From the NCBI RefSeq assembly GCF_018350175.1, contig NC_058368.1, positions 162,938,001-163,002,000 of the forward strand: 64,000 nucleotides of DNA, in the 5' to 3' direction. Below the pieces are notes generated by a model that worked only from the letters and a program-made list of their open reading frames with translations, was not told the DNA's origin and made no database searches. The DNA comes from Felis catus. Its lineage: Eukaryota. The position numbers were made by a program, and so were the translations under genes. How positions within the stretch are numbered: position 1 is the stretch's first letter; each line of letters starts with the position of its first letter. Below, piece by piece: positions 24,651 through 37,268 of the stretch.

Positions 24651-25659
24651 ACTCTAGTGGATTTAGTACTTTTTATTAGGAAGCAAGGAAAGAAATGTGC
24701 AGTGATGCGATATCAGAACTGCCCCCCAAATTCCCCCAGACTTACCTTACTGTAATGCTTTTTGAACTGGATGGTCTCACTAGAAACAGCTTGCAAAGTG
24801 TTGAAGGACCAGGAGAAATCAGAGACATGAAAAAAGACATTTCTATCATATTTGGAGAAACCAGCAAAGATTATAAAACAATATTCCAATGAATGTGCCT
24901 AAGTATAGTGTTTTACATAGAGAAATTATTGTCCTAGAAACTATCCTTAGCCAAGAACAGAGAGGATTATTATTTTCCTCCCTAAATAGTGGGATGGGAC
25001 CCCGTGTCATTCACCTTCTTAGGTACAACAATTTTACTGAAAAGAAAGAATAGAGAAGAATAGTAGCAGAATGTGAAACTTGTATGTTTTTATGGTGAAA
25101 ATTCGTCTTCTTATTGTCTTCCTTTTCTCAGGCACAAATATTAATTATTCAGGCCATATATATGGGGGGGTGACTTTATAGGAAAAAATGAAACTAGCTT
25201 CCCTCCAATGGATTAGACATTGTGTCATCAAAAACAATACAGATCTTCAAAAAAATTTTGTGCTGCTAGTAAGTGCTTGGGCTGGTAGACCAGGAGAAAA
25301 AACACTGAGAAGTGCTGGGGAGGAGGGTACCACAGACCCCACCTCCAACCTGAGTCCTGATCTTGCCTCACTATATGCCCATCAGTAAGTGGAAATGTTA
25401 TTTTGCCCTTATGAGGAGACCTACTCTGTCAAACATGTGGTCACTACATAAGTAGAAAAAATACCTTAGTCTTTCCATATTCATCATATTCAACTAGGGT
25501 TCACCATCACATTGCTTCATGACATTAATAAGCATAAAGGAAACAACATGCCTTGGAGGGTGGAAAGCCAGGGGACTCTTATTCTCATGCTTTAGTACCT
25601 GACTGGGCACTGCCTGAGGGCAGAGGGAAAAAGATGGCTTTGATCAAAAGAAATGATTC

Positions 25660-27850
25660 TAAGACTTTTGCTTCTACCCAGAATATACAGAGCCAAACAG
25701 AATGTTACCTGACTCTAACAACAATAATAACCAAGAAAACAATAACAACATAACAACCAAGAAAAAAAATCTGGATTATATACAAAATTATCACTTTTTG
25801 AAACCCACTGGAGAGCTACATTTGCAAAGCAACGAGGTGAATTGCTTCCAAAGGGTAACAAACCCCTAGGAAGAAGAATGGGACACACAGACTCTTTCAG
25901 CTTTGGCAGAACACAGAAGGAGGAGGTAGCAACCATAAAAGAAAACTTAAAAGCATACTGAAAATTTAAATTAACTTTTAAAGGACAAGTGAGGACTATA
26001 AGGACTAGAAAGGGTTTAGAAACCCTAGGAACCTCAGAATCAAGAGGAATCCACACCCTCTTATTAGATATTTGCCATCTGAGAGAGCAGGAGAGTCCTC
26101 CTTTTTTTTTTTTAAGTTTTTAATGTTTATTTATTTTTGAGAGAGAGAGAGACAGAGTGTGAGTGGGCGAGGGGTAGAGAGAGGGAGACACAGAATCCAA
26201 AGCAGGATCCAGGCTCTGAGCTCTCAGTACAGAGCCCGATGCAGGGCTTGAACTAATGAACCGCAAGATTATGACCTGAGCCAAAGTTGGATGCTTAACC
26301 TCCTTAATGAGGAATGCATTTGGTAGTGATAGGCTGACAATGAGGAAGAAACAAGGACTCTTCCTGATCTTCCTACTCCAAAGTGCTGTGCTCCTGAGCC
26401 TTTTAACAAGCAAAGCAGAAGCAGCTCAGCTTCTGGAAATGAGGCAGGAAACTCTCTTGCCCCCTAATCACTTGCAAAGCAAGAGGAGCGGAGCAAAAAC
26501 CATTTGCCATTGAAAGAGAGGCAGGAAAACATCCTGTTCTATGATCAACCCAAAGGTGGGCAGCAACCAGAGGGAAGGTAGAAATACAAGCCATCTGACA
26601 AAGACAGAGTGGCAGGAACATCATCCCTTCCCAAGACCTGCCACCAAAACAAGGCAAAGTCCAACCTTTGAGGCTCAGGCACTCAGGACCTAGGACTGGG
26701 ACTGGTCCAGAGGAACCTGCTTCCAGTATGAGCTTTGCATGAATAAAAAAGCAATGACACTGCACCAATATAGGTGGGTCAGGAGAGCAGAAGGAAGCCC
26801 CATCTGTGGTACAGGCATACTGGACCCCTGATGAAAGCTGAGAGTAGAGTAGTAATACTGTCAAAAGACTCTCAAGCACCCCAGGTTTCAGACAAAGCAC
26901 ACGAGGCTTTAATTCCCATTAGAATTTTAAGCACATGGTTCACAAAAGATAAATGGAGCAAAAACAAAACCCAAATCCAACTCTACCCCTGTCAACATTG
27001 ACAAAACTAGACTAAGAATCAGATAGAAGTATCATCACTTCCAGGTGTAAATAGATTGGTCTGCAATATACATTCATATACAGTGTCTGAAAATTAGTAT
27101 TGAATGTTCTAGCATATATATAACTGAGGTACCTGGGAGAGACAATGAGCTGGAAGATTATTTGCAGATATAATGGTCATAGATTTTACAAAATTAATAA
27201 AAGATGTAGAACCACATAAGCAGTAATCTCAGAAAATGCCAAGCAAGATAAATACAAAAAAACAACAACAACAACAACACATTTAGAAATATCATAGGCA
27301 TAGGCTAAAAATCAAGCCTAATTAGAGAAGTTTGAAAGAAGCAGAGAAAAGACAAACATGATTTATAGAGAAACAAAAGTATATTATACAATAAATACAT
27401 AAATGAATAAATGGACATTTTAAAAAGTAAATAAAGAAAAGAAAATTATACTAGCAGAAACTATGCAAGCCAGAATATAATAAAACTATATCTTTAAAAT
27501 ATGAAAGAAAAATTTCCAACTAGGAATTCTTTGTCCATAAAAATATCTTTCAAAAAGATGTCAGGAATTGTAAAAAAAAAAAAATTCTCAAAATGTTAGC
27601 AAGTCAAATCCAACAACATATAAAAAGAATTATATTCCATGATCAAATGGAATTTATTATAGGAATGCAAGGTTGTTTTAACATTTGAAGATCATTTAAT
27701 ATAATACACCAGATTCACAAAAGACAAAGTCTACCTGATCATTTTAATAGATGCAGAATAAGCATTTGAAAATATTCATCACCCTTTTGTGATAAAAACA
27801 CACAAGAAATTAAGAATAGAAGGGAAGTGCCCCAAACTAATAAATGGTAT
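25660..27850 (+). mobile_element. Old L1 5' region (5'UTR, ORF1 and ORF2 remnants), divergent from SLCO6A1
   Basis: L1M-type 5' text and ORF1-like cagaaactatgcaagccaga, ending in ORF2 text (aaatccaacaacatataaaaagaattata...atagatgcagaataagcatttg). Confidence 0.65.
26100..26300 (-). mobile_element. Can-SINE nested in L1
   Basis: Reverse SINE body lacking the first ~20 nt. Confidence 0.88.
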
Positions 27851-28280
27851 CATACCTACTGCCCTTTGACTTGCTTCCAGGGTTATCTGAGTAAACCTTT
27901 ATGCAAGAAACAATTGTGTCAAAGTGTAGTCATATTTTCAATACCCAATGTTGTTTAAAATACCCATGGAGAAAAAAATGATGTGGCCCTTTAGGAAAGT
28001 TAAGTCAGGAATTCACCACTGGAAGCAGCAGGTGACAGTCATAAAAAGATAGGTCCTTTTCACTGTAACAGGGAGTATGAGCTAGAAAGTCAGGGAAACC
28101 ACACCTGTATTGTTGTTTACTAACATAACTGCATGATGATAGAAAGATGAGCTCCCAGAGGAAGATTTGCTCATGTAAATTTGGATTTTTTGTGGCTGTT
28201 GTTCTGATCACAATTTTTTTTTAAGTCCAAAGGAGTGTGAAAAAGAAATAATAACTGGTACCTCACTAATTTCTTCTCAG

Positions 28281-28496
28281 TTTTTTTTTTAATGTTTATT
28301 TATTTTTGAGACAGAGAGAGACAGAGCATGAACGGGGGGAGGAGCAGAGAGAGAGAGGGAGACACAGAATCAGAAACAGGCTCCAGGCTCTGAGCTGTCA
28401 GCACAGAGCCCGACACGGGACTCAAACTCACGGACAATGAGATCGTGACCGGAGCCGAAGTCGGACGCTTAACCAATTGAGCCACCCAGGCGCCCC
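28281..28496 (-). mobile_element. Can-SINE (SINEC_Fc-like)
   Basis: Full length, TSD atttcttctcagtttt. Confidence 0.92.
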
Positions 28497-28566
28497 ATTT
28501 CTTCTCAGTTTTACCAGAAAAGAGACCTTTGAAGTTTTTGAGTCTCTAAGAAACCTAGGTTATAGA

Positions 28567-29135
28567 GCCGTACTGTAAAATAGAAATAAAATGTCAGCAT
28601 ATATGTAACTTAAAATTTTCTAGTCCCACTGCAAAAAAGTAAAAATAAACAGGCAAAATTAATTTGAGTAATATATTTTATTTAACCTAATATGTTCTAA
28701 ATATTATTTCAACATATAATTAATATTTTTGAAATCATTAATTATTAATGAAATATTTTATATATATTTTTTTTATTTCCACTAAGCCTTCAGTTTGTAT
28801 TTTATACCTACAGGACACCTCAGTTTGGACTGGCCACATTTCTTTTTTTTTTTAATTTTTTTTTTCAACGTTTATTTATTTTTGGGACAGAGAGAAACAG
28901 AGCATGAACGGGGGAGGGGCAGAGAGAGAGGGAGGCACAGAATCGGAAACAGGCTCCAGGCTCCGAGCCATCAGCCCAGAGCCCGATGCGGGGCTCGAAC
29001 TCACGGACCGCGAGATCGTGACCTGGCTGAAGTCGGACGCTTAACCGACTGCGCCACCCAGGCGCCCCGGACTGGCCACATTTCAAATGCTCAAGAGCCA
29101 TATAGAGCTGGTGGTTACCCTGATGGGGAGTGTGA
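28567..29135. mobile_element. hAT-Charlie MER33-like element split by a SINE
   Basis: aaaattttctagtcccactgcaaaaaagtaaaaataaacagg...ccacatttcaaatgctcaagagccatat...ctggtggttacc. Confidence 0.65.
28843..29069 (-). mobile_element. Young Can-SINE (SINEC_Fc)
   Basis: CpG-rich, perfect TSD gactggccacatttc. Confidence 0.95.
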
Positions 29136-29669
29136 TTATAGAGGTTCCTTTTCTATTCTAAAAAGTTAAGTTTATAAGTTTTGGGGGGGCCAAGATTTAT
29201 TTAAATCACAGAATTAATAGCAATTCCTTTATCATATTTTATAATAAGTTCATGTTTTTCCATTTGTATAATTGGTTTTTTCGCCAGCTAAATGATTTAG
29301 TTGTGTCTTTTTTAATAGTAGCATTTATTCAAGGGAAAAAATGTCTAATCACAGGCTTTTGTTACATAATAGAGGGCAGTGTCATCCAGCTGCAAGGATT
29401 GTAGCCTAAGTAATAAGAAATAACAGACCTCTATTTGCCTTGCACATTTTAACCTTACTAGACATCACATTTAACAATCCATGTTGGCTATCTTTATATG
29501 ATGGTACAGTTTTTGCATAGAATCCTATTGTATGAATTTACTATAATGTAACCACTCCCATATTGATGGTATGGCTTGTTTACAATTTTTGTTTTCATAA
29601 TACTAAAATGGACATCTTCATATGTATTTTCCTGAAAGATTTTATCACGAGTTTAAAACTACTTTCCAG

Positions 29670-29880
29670 AGGCTCCTGGGTGGCTCAGTCGTTTAAGTGT
29701 TGGACTTTGGCTCAGGTCATAATCTCACGGCTTGCGAGTTCTAGCACCGCATGGGGCTCTGTGCTCACAGCTCAGAGCCTAGAGCCTGATTCGGATTCTG
29801 TGTTTCCCTCTCTCTCCGCTCCTCCCCAACTCGTGCCCTGTCTCTCTCTCAAAAAATAAAATAAGCATTAAAAAATTTTT
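29670..29880 (+). mobile_element. Can-SINE
   Basis: ggctcctgggtggctcagtcgtttaagtg head, CT tract, A tail. Confidence 0.9.
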
Positions 29881-31012
29881 CTAAACAACTTTTCATAGAA
29901 AATGTAAATAAAGTTGTAAAATGTACCCCAATTTTGGAAATATTAAATGTAGAAAAAACAAAAAACTGTCTTTGAATCTGTAAACATGGATATTAAAATA
30001 ATTTTGCATATTTTCTACAAGTTAACAAATGACTGTTGCATTAAATTTCAATATAGGCTTTGAAATATAGCTACCAACTAAATCAGTCTCTGAGAAATTA
30101 AGCAATTCAAGAGCTTAAGATATTTCAAGAGACCAGTTTGAATTAAACAATGTATGTTTATGAGGTGCTGTTAAATATCCTCCATACAGTATCTATTTCA
30201 GCTAAAACCTCTAAACATGTATGTAGGAAGAACAACTCACTAAAGTAACCTAGGGAGGCTATTTTATATAGCTCTTTTCGGCAAATGAGTCAATAAAACA
30301 GAAAAATGACATGATGTTACAAATTACTGTAATGTAGTTTATTTAACAAGGAATGACTTCACTATTAAGAAGAGGTATAGAACTATCTGTGCGGTTAGTA
30401 AATGGCCCTGGATTGCTTAGCTGCCGAGGTGTATGGTTCTTGATTCTTCACTGATAGAGTGTAGTTATTTTTTGCAACAGTTTCTACGATGTTGCCTCCC
30501 ATAACTATGTAGTCAAATTTGCTACGTATTCTATATGAACTATAAGACCTACAGGTTGTAGGCTGAAAGTGACTGCAAAGTATTGTTAAAAACATTAAGT
30601 AAATTGGTGCTCTCAGCAATTACAGGTATTTTGCTTTATTTATTTTGTATTGGCTTCCCATGAGTTGCTTATGTTTATTGAGAATAAAAGTCTAACTGCT
30701 GGATAAATGAAATGCTAAGTAATTTTTAAACTCATAGGAAAACAAACGTCGCAACCATAAAGGAAGAATCATGTATGAAGAATTCAACCTAGACTTTGGG
30801 TCCAACTCTTCTTGGTTATTATGTGATTTGGGGGAATTCTTTTAAATATTCTTACCTTTAATTCTTTATTTATGAAATTAAAATAATGGCAACTCATTTA
30901 AAAATTATTGTGAGGGCCTGAAGTAATATGCTAAGAGTGTCTCACACAGTTCCTGGCATACAGTAGATACTTAAACAAAGATAATTATTTATAAAATTAT
31001 TTCAAGCATAAA

Positions 31013-31226
31013 CTTTTTTTTTTCAACGTTTATTTATTTTGGGGACAGAGAGAGACAGAGCATGAACGGGGATGGGGCAGAGAGAGAGGGAGACACAGAA
31101 TCGGAAACAGGCTCCAGGCTCTGAGCCATCAGCCCAGAGCCTGACGCGGGGCTCGAACTCACGGACCGCGAGATCGTGACCTGGCTGAAGTCGGACGCTT
31201 AACCGACTGCGCCACCCAGGCGCCCC
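31013..31226 (-). mobile_element. Young Can-SINE (SINEC_Fc)
   Basis: CpG-rich, perfect TSD tcaagcataaactttt. Confidence 0.95.
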
Positions 31227-31545
31227 TCAAGCATAAACTTTTATATTAAAAAGTACCTATTATGTGTAGCCCTCTACTACCTACTAAGTGAGACCCTCAG
31301 TCAATGGATAGAAGTTGGCTTTACTGACGGGCTTTTCATCCTTAATTAACTGATAGAATGTGAAAAAGTAATGGTTTGCAAGAAACATAATAGCCAAAAT
31401 CAATGTTTACTGTGAGGTACATTAGAGATAAGGCTTAAGACACGTAGAAATAAAGTTAAAAGCTATAACAAAGAGTTTTAAGGCTTCCTGAAGCAGCTTT
31501 ACAGACAACAAATGACTCTGAAAGGGAATAAGCTGGAAAGAAAAG

Positions 31546-31726
31546 GAAGAAGAAGAAGAAGAAGAAGAAGAAGAAGAAGAAGAAGAAGAAGAAGAAGAAG
31601 AAGAAGAAGAAGAAGAAGAAGAAGAAAGAGGAGGAGAAGGAGAAGAAGAAGAAGAAGAAGAAGAAGAAGAAGAAGAAGAAGAAGAAGAAGAAGAAGAAGA
31701 AGAAGACGAAGACGAAGAAGAAGAAG
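31546..31726 (+). repeat. Compound (GAA)n trinucleotide repeat
   Basis: (GAA)27, a 15-nt purine interruption, (GAA)21, then GAC/GAA units. Confidence 0.97.
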
Positions 31727-32129
31727 GATAATGCGTAGATTCCCAGGTATGACTCCCTGACTGACATCTCTGTGGAAATAGGGGACATTCAGAAGTATCT
31801 GGGAGAGCTGGGGTTCTGCAGTTAAGAATTTGTGATGTTGAAATAAACATAAAGGAATTTTTACTCATTAGCTAGCGAAGCCTAGGAATTCAGTTGCAAA
31901 ATGGTTAAGGAGATTGAAGTTGGAGACAGTAAAAGATTATCCAGGAGGTCAATAGGTGAAATAATACGCAGCTGAATAAGACACATAAAAAAGAAGAGCG
32001 TTGGAAATTCTTTCCTGTTATCGATTATACATTTTAATAAATAATTTCAGATGTAAAGCCATTCAAAATGATTGCTAGATTACATGTTAAAATTTTGAAA
32101 ACAAGTAAGACACTAAAAAATGAAGAGAA

Positions 32130-32510
32130 ATTATTCTGACGCTTGTTAACATAAAAAGGATGACTCTATTCAAGACTCTGCAATAAGGGTGAGAAATTGT
32201 GCTCGACTCCCAATACAGCAAAGCAAGTGGGGATTTATAGCTAAAGAGTAGGCTGAGGGGGTCAGTAGATAGAAAATTACTAAGAGGAGACATCAAGCAC
32301 AAGAGGATTCTTGCTAACAGGACTCTTGCTAAGAGCAGGTCAAAGACTCCTATATCAAAGACGGGGACAAGGAACTTGATCAGATAACAAGCGTGATCAG
32401 ATATCAAGGGTAGGGGGATGATGTCTTAGCAGGATTCTTTGCTAAAACTGATTTTGAAAAGAAGGCCTAGGGGAGTGTATCTAAAATTTGGTCAAGGAGA
32501 AGGTCTGTCA
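32130..32510 (-). mobile_element. ERV1 LTR (MER31/MER67-like)
   Basis: gggatttatagc, repeated aggattcttgctaa motifs, ends ggtcaaggagaaggtctgtca. Confidence 0.55.
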
Positions 32511-33064
32511 GGATATTTGATGCTTTGCTTCTGCACTGTGGCTGACGTTCGACTTACATTACCTAAAATAAATCTCCTTTAATATTATAGGCCATTTTGA
32601 AGATAATCCCTCAATAAGCTTGAAAATAGCATGTTTCATTGATGTATTAAAGGTCACAACCAAAGGAGGGAGTCAGGGAAGGGTACGGAGAGGGTTTGGT
32701 GCTAGACTTAGTCACAGGTAGGTCTTGGCAAAGATTGGTCAGAATTTGCAAGTTAGACCGGTCTCTGTACAGTCAATGATTGTATTTTCAGAACTCATCA
32801 GACTGTGGGGAGTTACTGTTGAATCAGTTTTGTCTTAGAACATATGGGTCCAAAGGAATTGCTGTTGAAAGATTTTGACTTTAGGAGGCCAATATAGAAA
32901 GTCTGTAATCACAATTTGGATGATAGTTGATATAATTTGCCAGTGTATTTTGCTTGTTATGGTTTCTGTCTGAATTCCTAATTCCCCTCTGCCACAACTT
33001 AATGACGGGCCCCTGTTTCCTTCATGTCTACTTAATCATATACATGGCTTTAAAAGATTTAATT

Positions 33065-33083
33065 TGCTGCCATCTAGTGGTCA
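33065..33083 (-). promoter_or_regulatory. Candidate CTCF binding site
   Basis: Minus strand reads TGACCACTAGATGGCAGCA, a very close fit to the CTCF core CCASYAGRKGGC. Confidence 0.65.
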
Positions 33084-33369
33084 TATACTTTCATTTTTAT
33101 ATTAAATCTAAAAGAAATGGATTGAGACATTTAAAATAGACTTCACGTGCTGCTACATTTGTAACTTACATTTTCTTTCAGGAAAATATTTTTAGTTATT
33201 GTCACCTACAGAAGTACTTCATTTTCTTAATCATACTTCCAGTACTCTGAGAGTCGTAGTTACTGACTACACTGGGTGTGTGATAGTTTATTTTTGCTTA
33301 TACTGTGCTTTTATAACAGAGCTTACAATACTTACAAAACAAGTTTCAACACAGAAGTTTTAAATAAAA

Positions 33370-33780
33370 ATTTTAAGCTTTGAATCGGGTTTTAAAATTC
33401 TCTTAATTAGGAATCAGGAATGCCTGATTTGCAAATTCTTGAGGCAGGGGTTGATTACATACAAATTGATAACGTGTGGGGTTAAACTGGGCCATAGTTA
33501 GGTTTTAACAGACTGATTGACATTTTATGTAGGCTGTAGTTTGACTCAGGGGAACAGCTATTATCCTTCTCTCATCTCTGCAGGGAGAGAGGCCTTCTCC
33601 TAAACTACCCAGAAAGGAGCGGTGGGGATAATTTCCGGTCACCCCCTCTACCTCATTATTTGCATATATCCCAGAAAGAAGGATTGATTTGTCCAACTGG
33701 TGAGAGTGGGTCAGGATTGAGCATGCAGGAGCTGGGCCTGCAAGCTATCTGTCCTCTTTACCTGTGGCAACGTGGTACTG
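33370..33780 (-). mobile_element. Probable ERV1-type LTR relic
   Basis: cattttatgtagg, ttatccttctctcatctctgcagggagagaggcc and cattatttgcata are typical of ERV1 LTRs. Family uncertain. Confidence 0.4.
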
Positions 33781-34349
33781 GGTACGTTGGATTCGTGGGA
33801 GGAAAAGTACGTTTCTGCAAGTCCCAGCTGTGCTCTTTCATCTAGCTTTTGCAGGAGTACAGCTGATACTTTGCTCTCACCTCACTTCTGTATCTACTTT
33901 TTTAATGTATTCAGAACTCAAAGGCAAAAAGAGAGTATAATTAGTATCACCACGAAACCCAGTATTTTGCATGTGTATGTGTGAAACAGGACAGCAAGTG
34001 AATTAGAGGAAGTAAAATAAACAGTGAAAGGTCTCTTTTTTTGTGGGATTTAGGGATGCATCATAAACAGAGAAAGAAGACCTTTGGGAGGCCAAGCAAA
34101 AGAGAGAGATACTAAAAAAGTATTGAAGTTAATGCTGGAGCTGAGAGAGTGACTGTTTAGCTCGACCAAGTTGACTATCTTCAAAGAGGGGTAGTTTCAA
34201 GACATTCAGAGGAGGACAGCCCTTTGTATTCTTAGAAAGTTTTGACCTGATTCAAGGTCCTGAGGGATATGATAAAAGCACTTTTCTTTACATCCCTAGT
34301 AATCAAAGAAAAAATTTAAATGGCCAATGAAATTGAACACTGGAAGAAA

Positions 34350-34860
34350 GGGGAATTTACCTTTTATTGATCTATCATGCGTCCCAGTAAATAATGCAGG
34401 TATGCTCAGCACACCTCTTAATCCCCTTCTCCCCATTTCTGCTGTTCTTTTCTCCTCTCAAAGGGGCTGGCCAGGCAGGCTGCAGTTCCCAGGCTTTGTA
34501 ATCAACTGCTCCCTGTTAGATTTGGCAGTGGGAAGCTAGAAAGAAGGAAGAAACCAGGGTGCTTCTCTCCCCTCTTTCTGCCCGTAGCAGTTTCTCTGCC
34601 AACAGCTGAATCTTCCCCATGGATCCTATTTCTGCTATTCAGCACCCAGCCAGTGAGCTTCACGGATACTGCCTTCTGTTTCTCTATCCCTCCAGCAGGA
34701 GGAATGGAGCAGCTTCCTGCTCTTGCTAATTTCTGGAATGCCTCACTGTCCCCTACATGATTTTTCCGTTTTTCTGTTACCTATTTAACCAATTCCAGGT
34801 AATACCTTCTTTAAAAAACAAAAACAAAAACAACATATGGAGTTGTCTCTGGCTTCTGCT
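34350..34860 (+). mobile_element. LTR33-like ERVL LTR relic
   Basis: ctctatccctccagcaggaggaatggagcagcttcctgctcttgctaatttctgg...cctcactgtccc. Confidence 0.5.
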
Positions 34861-36040
34861 TTACTCTTAGGACCCTGACAATATATGCAATACACACATA
34901 TACTTATATGTGTACATCTAGTTTTATTCTGATTCTGATTCCATCTCCAACTCTTTCTTAGAAAAGCATCTTTGGCAAGACTGAGGAAAGCAACACAGAC
35001 TTTTTTAGGACCATTATGTAGCATAATTAAGCTTTAAGAAGAGGTCCGTATCCACCTTTAAGAAGAGGTTCTGAAGAACCTGCCTCACCCTGGACCCCAC
35101 CATAACATCACTGATGGAATCCTCTAAGAGTGGAAACTTGCAGGTGAGGAGAAGGATAAAGGCCTGCAGGGACTGGCAGTGGGGATGAAGGAGAGATAGG
35201 AATACCTAATCTCTTATTTATAGCCTCATGTTCATTATCTCCCCAGCCCTGGGAGAGAGCGATGTAAGACACCCAGACTTGTACCAGGTTCGCTCCCTCC
35301 ATGAATTTCTAGGATGTTTCTGAGGACTATTAGCACATTCCAGCAAATCTCTAACATCAAAACATGATTTTCAACAAGATGAAAATATCACTCACCCAAA
35401 AAAAGTCAGCAGTATCAAATATTTATTTACCTCATTAATGAGGGAACTGGCAAGATGATGAGTCTGGTTCAAAAAATAGTTGCAAAAATCAAAGTATTTA
35501 TAGTGGCTTAAAGAAAGGATAGTAGAATAAGAATACTAATTAAAATACAAAACTAGTTAATATTCTGGAGGATGCTAAAACTGTGACCTCTGGGGTTCAT
35601 CTCTTTTTATAGGACATAAATCGTTTCATCTCTCGAACAAAATTCACTTGTATTGCTATCAGAAAATAATCATGTGCATCTGCTTCTACAAGTGAATGAC
35701 AACCATTACAGAGATATAAGATATCATAATCATTACTAAAATAGCAAGTCAAGCAAAAGAACTCACCTTTAGGGAACTGGATAATATTTCTGTGAACTTC
35801 AATACTTAGCATAACACTGAAAGGAGGCCCAGTAATCTCTTTGCCTATTTCTAAGATTTCTATACCTTTTCTTAACATTTGCTTGAAAGCTGAACTACTT
35901 CCTGATTCAACAGGACATGGCTCATCTCTTCTGAAGGTTGCCACTAACTGACCTGAAGTCACCTTTCCCCAGGCTGCTATTCTGCTCTCCCAACAAGTTA
36001 ACCTCCATTGTTGAGTCAGTGACCAAGCATCCAGTTTCGC

Positions 36041-36152
36041 TCAGTGACCAACCATCCAGTTTCATCTGAGTCTAAAAGATATCCAGGGACATGGGACCTT
36101 TAGAACTAGAACCAGAAAATTCTGGGCAAACCAGGACAAATTGGTCATCCTA
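36041..36152. mobile_element. hAT-Blackjack MER81-like MITE
   Basis: TIRs gtgaccaaccatcc-agttt ... gggcaaaccaggacaaattggtcatccta. Confidence 0.75.
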
Positions 36153-36158
36153 GCCAAA

Positions 36159-36269
<111 letters not shown>

Positions 36270-37025
36270 CCCTCAAAACTGGACATTACATAAAACCACC
36301 CCAAGAATTCCCTGGCCAAACCATTCCAACATAACTGCTTGTGAACATCTCTACCCTTAGGTCCCAGTATCCCACCATGTTATATGGAGCTCCTACACAT
36401 ACTAGTGTTGTTCAGCATGACTGTCCTGCTCAGAATTCAGGACCAGGACTCCCTCAAGGACTCCAGAAAATGCGAAAGTGGAGAGTTTTTCATTCTGAAA
36501 GGAAACAAACTTCAGAGGTATGGATCCATTTCTTAGTAGGAAAAGTTTTTATTTATAATGCAGAGTAATTTCACTCCTCACTATACTATATCCCTTCATT
36601 TCAGAATGGAATATTGGCTTACCATAGGAAAATTCCCACTAAACTCATTAGGTTTTTTCCCTAAAACTAAAGAAATAGCTGATTTCAAAGGTAAATTCAA
36701 GCTTCCCCATTTATAGAAGAAAAACTGCTTGCAAATTTAAAATTGTAGGATTTTCCCTTCTCATAATATGTAGTATTTTATATTTTTCAGTGATTATTGC
36801 AATAATATATCCCATTCAACAAACTCTATCAGTGTGAAATTGGCAGCTCTCCACCAGGAAGTGGGATCGATGTCTTCCCCTTGATTATGAGTGGGCCTAT
36901 GAGTACAGCCAGAGTAATGCCTTCTGCCTTCTGAGGCTAGGTCATAAAGTAGTTTGATATGTATCATCCCCAACACAAAAACAAAATCAAACAACAAATA
37001 TACATATATACCATGTATATATATA

Positions 37026-37069
<44 letters not shown>

Positions 37070-37084
37070 AAATAAGTTTTAAGC

Positions 37085-37268
37085 TTATTTATTTATTTTG
37101 AGAAAGAATGGGGGAGGAGAAAGGGCAGATAGAGAGGTAGATGGAGAATCCCAAGCAGGCTCTGCACTGTCAGCACAGAGCCTGACATGGGGTTCATATT
37201 CATGAACCATGAGATTGTGACCTGAGTTGAAGTCTGATGCTTGACCAACCGAGCCACCCAGGTGCCCC
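37085..37268 (-). mobile_element. Can-SINE
   Basis: Reverse SINE ending gagccacccaggtgcccc. Confidence 0.88.

Noticed and set aside
26403..26900. 165-aa minus-strand ORF
   Set aside because: Lies in an old L1 5' region, with no recognisable domain or splice context.
31422..31868. Poly-Ser, poly-Phe and poly-Arg ORFs
   Set aside because: Translations of the (GAA)n repeat, not genes.
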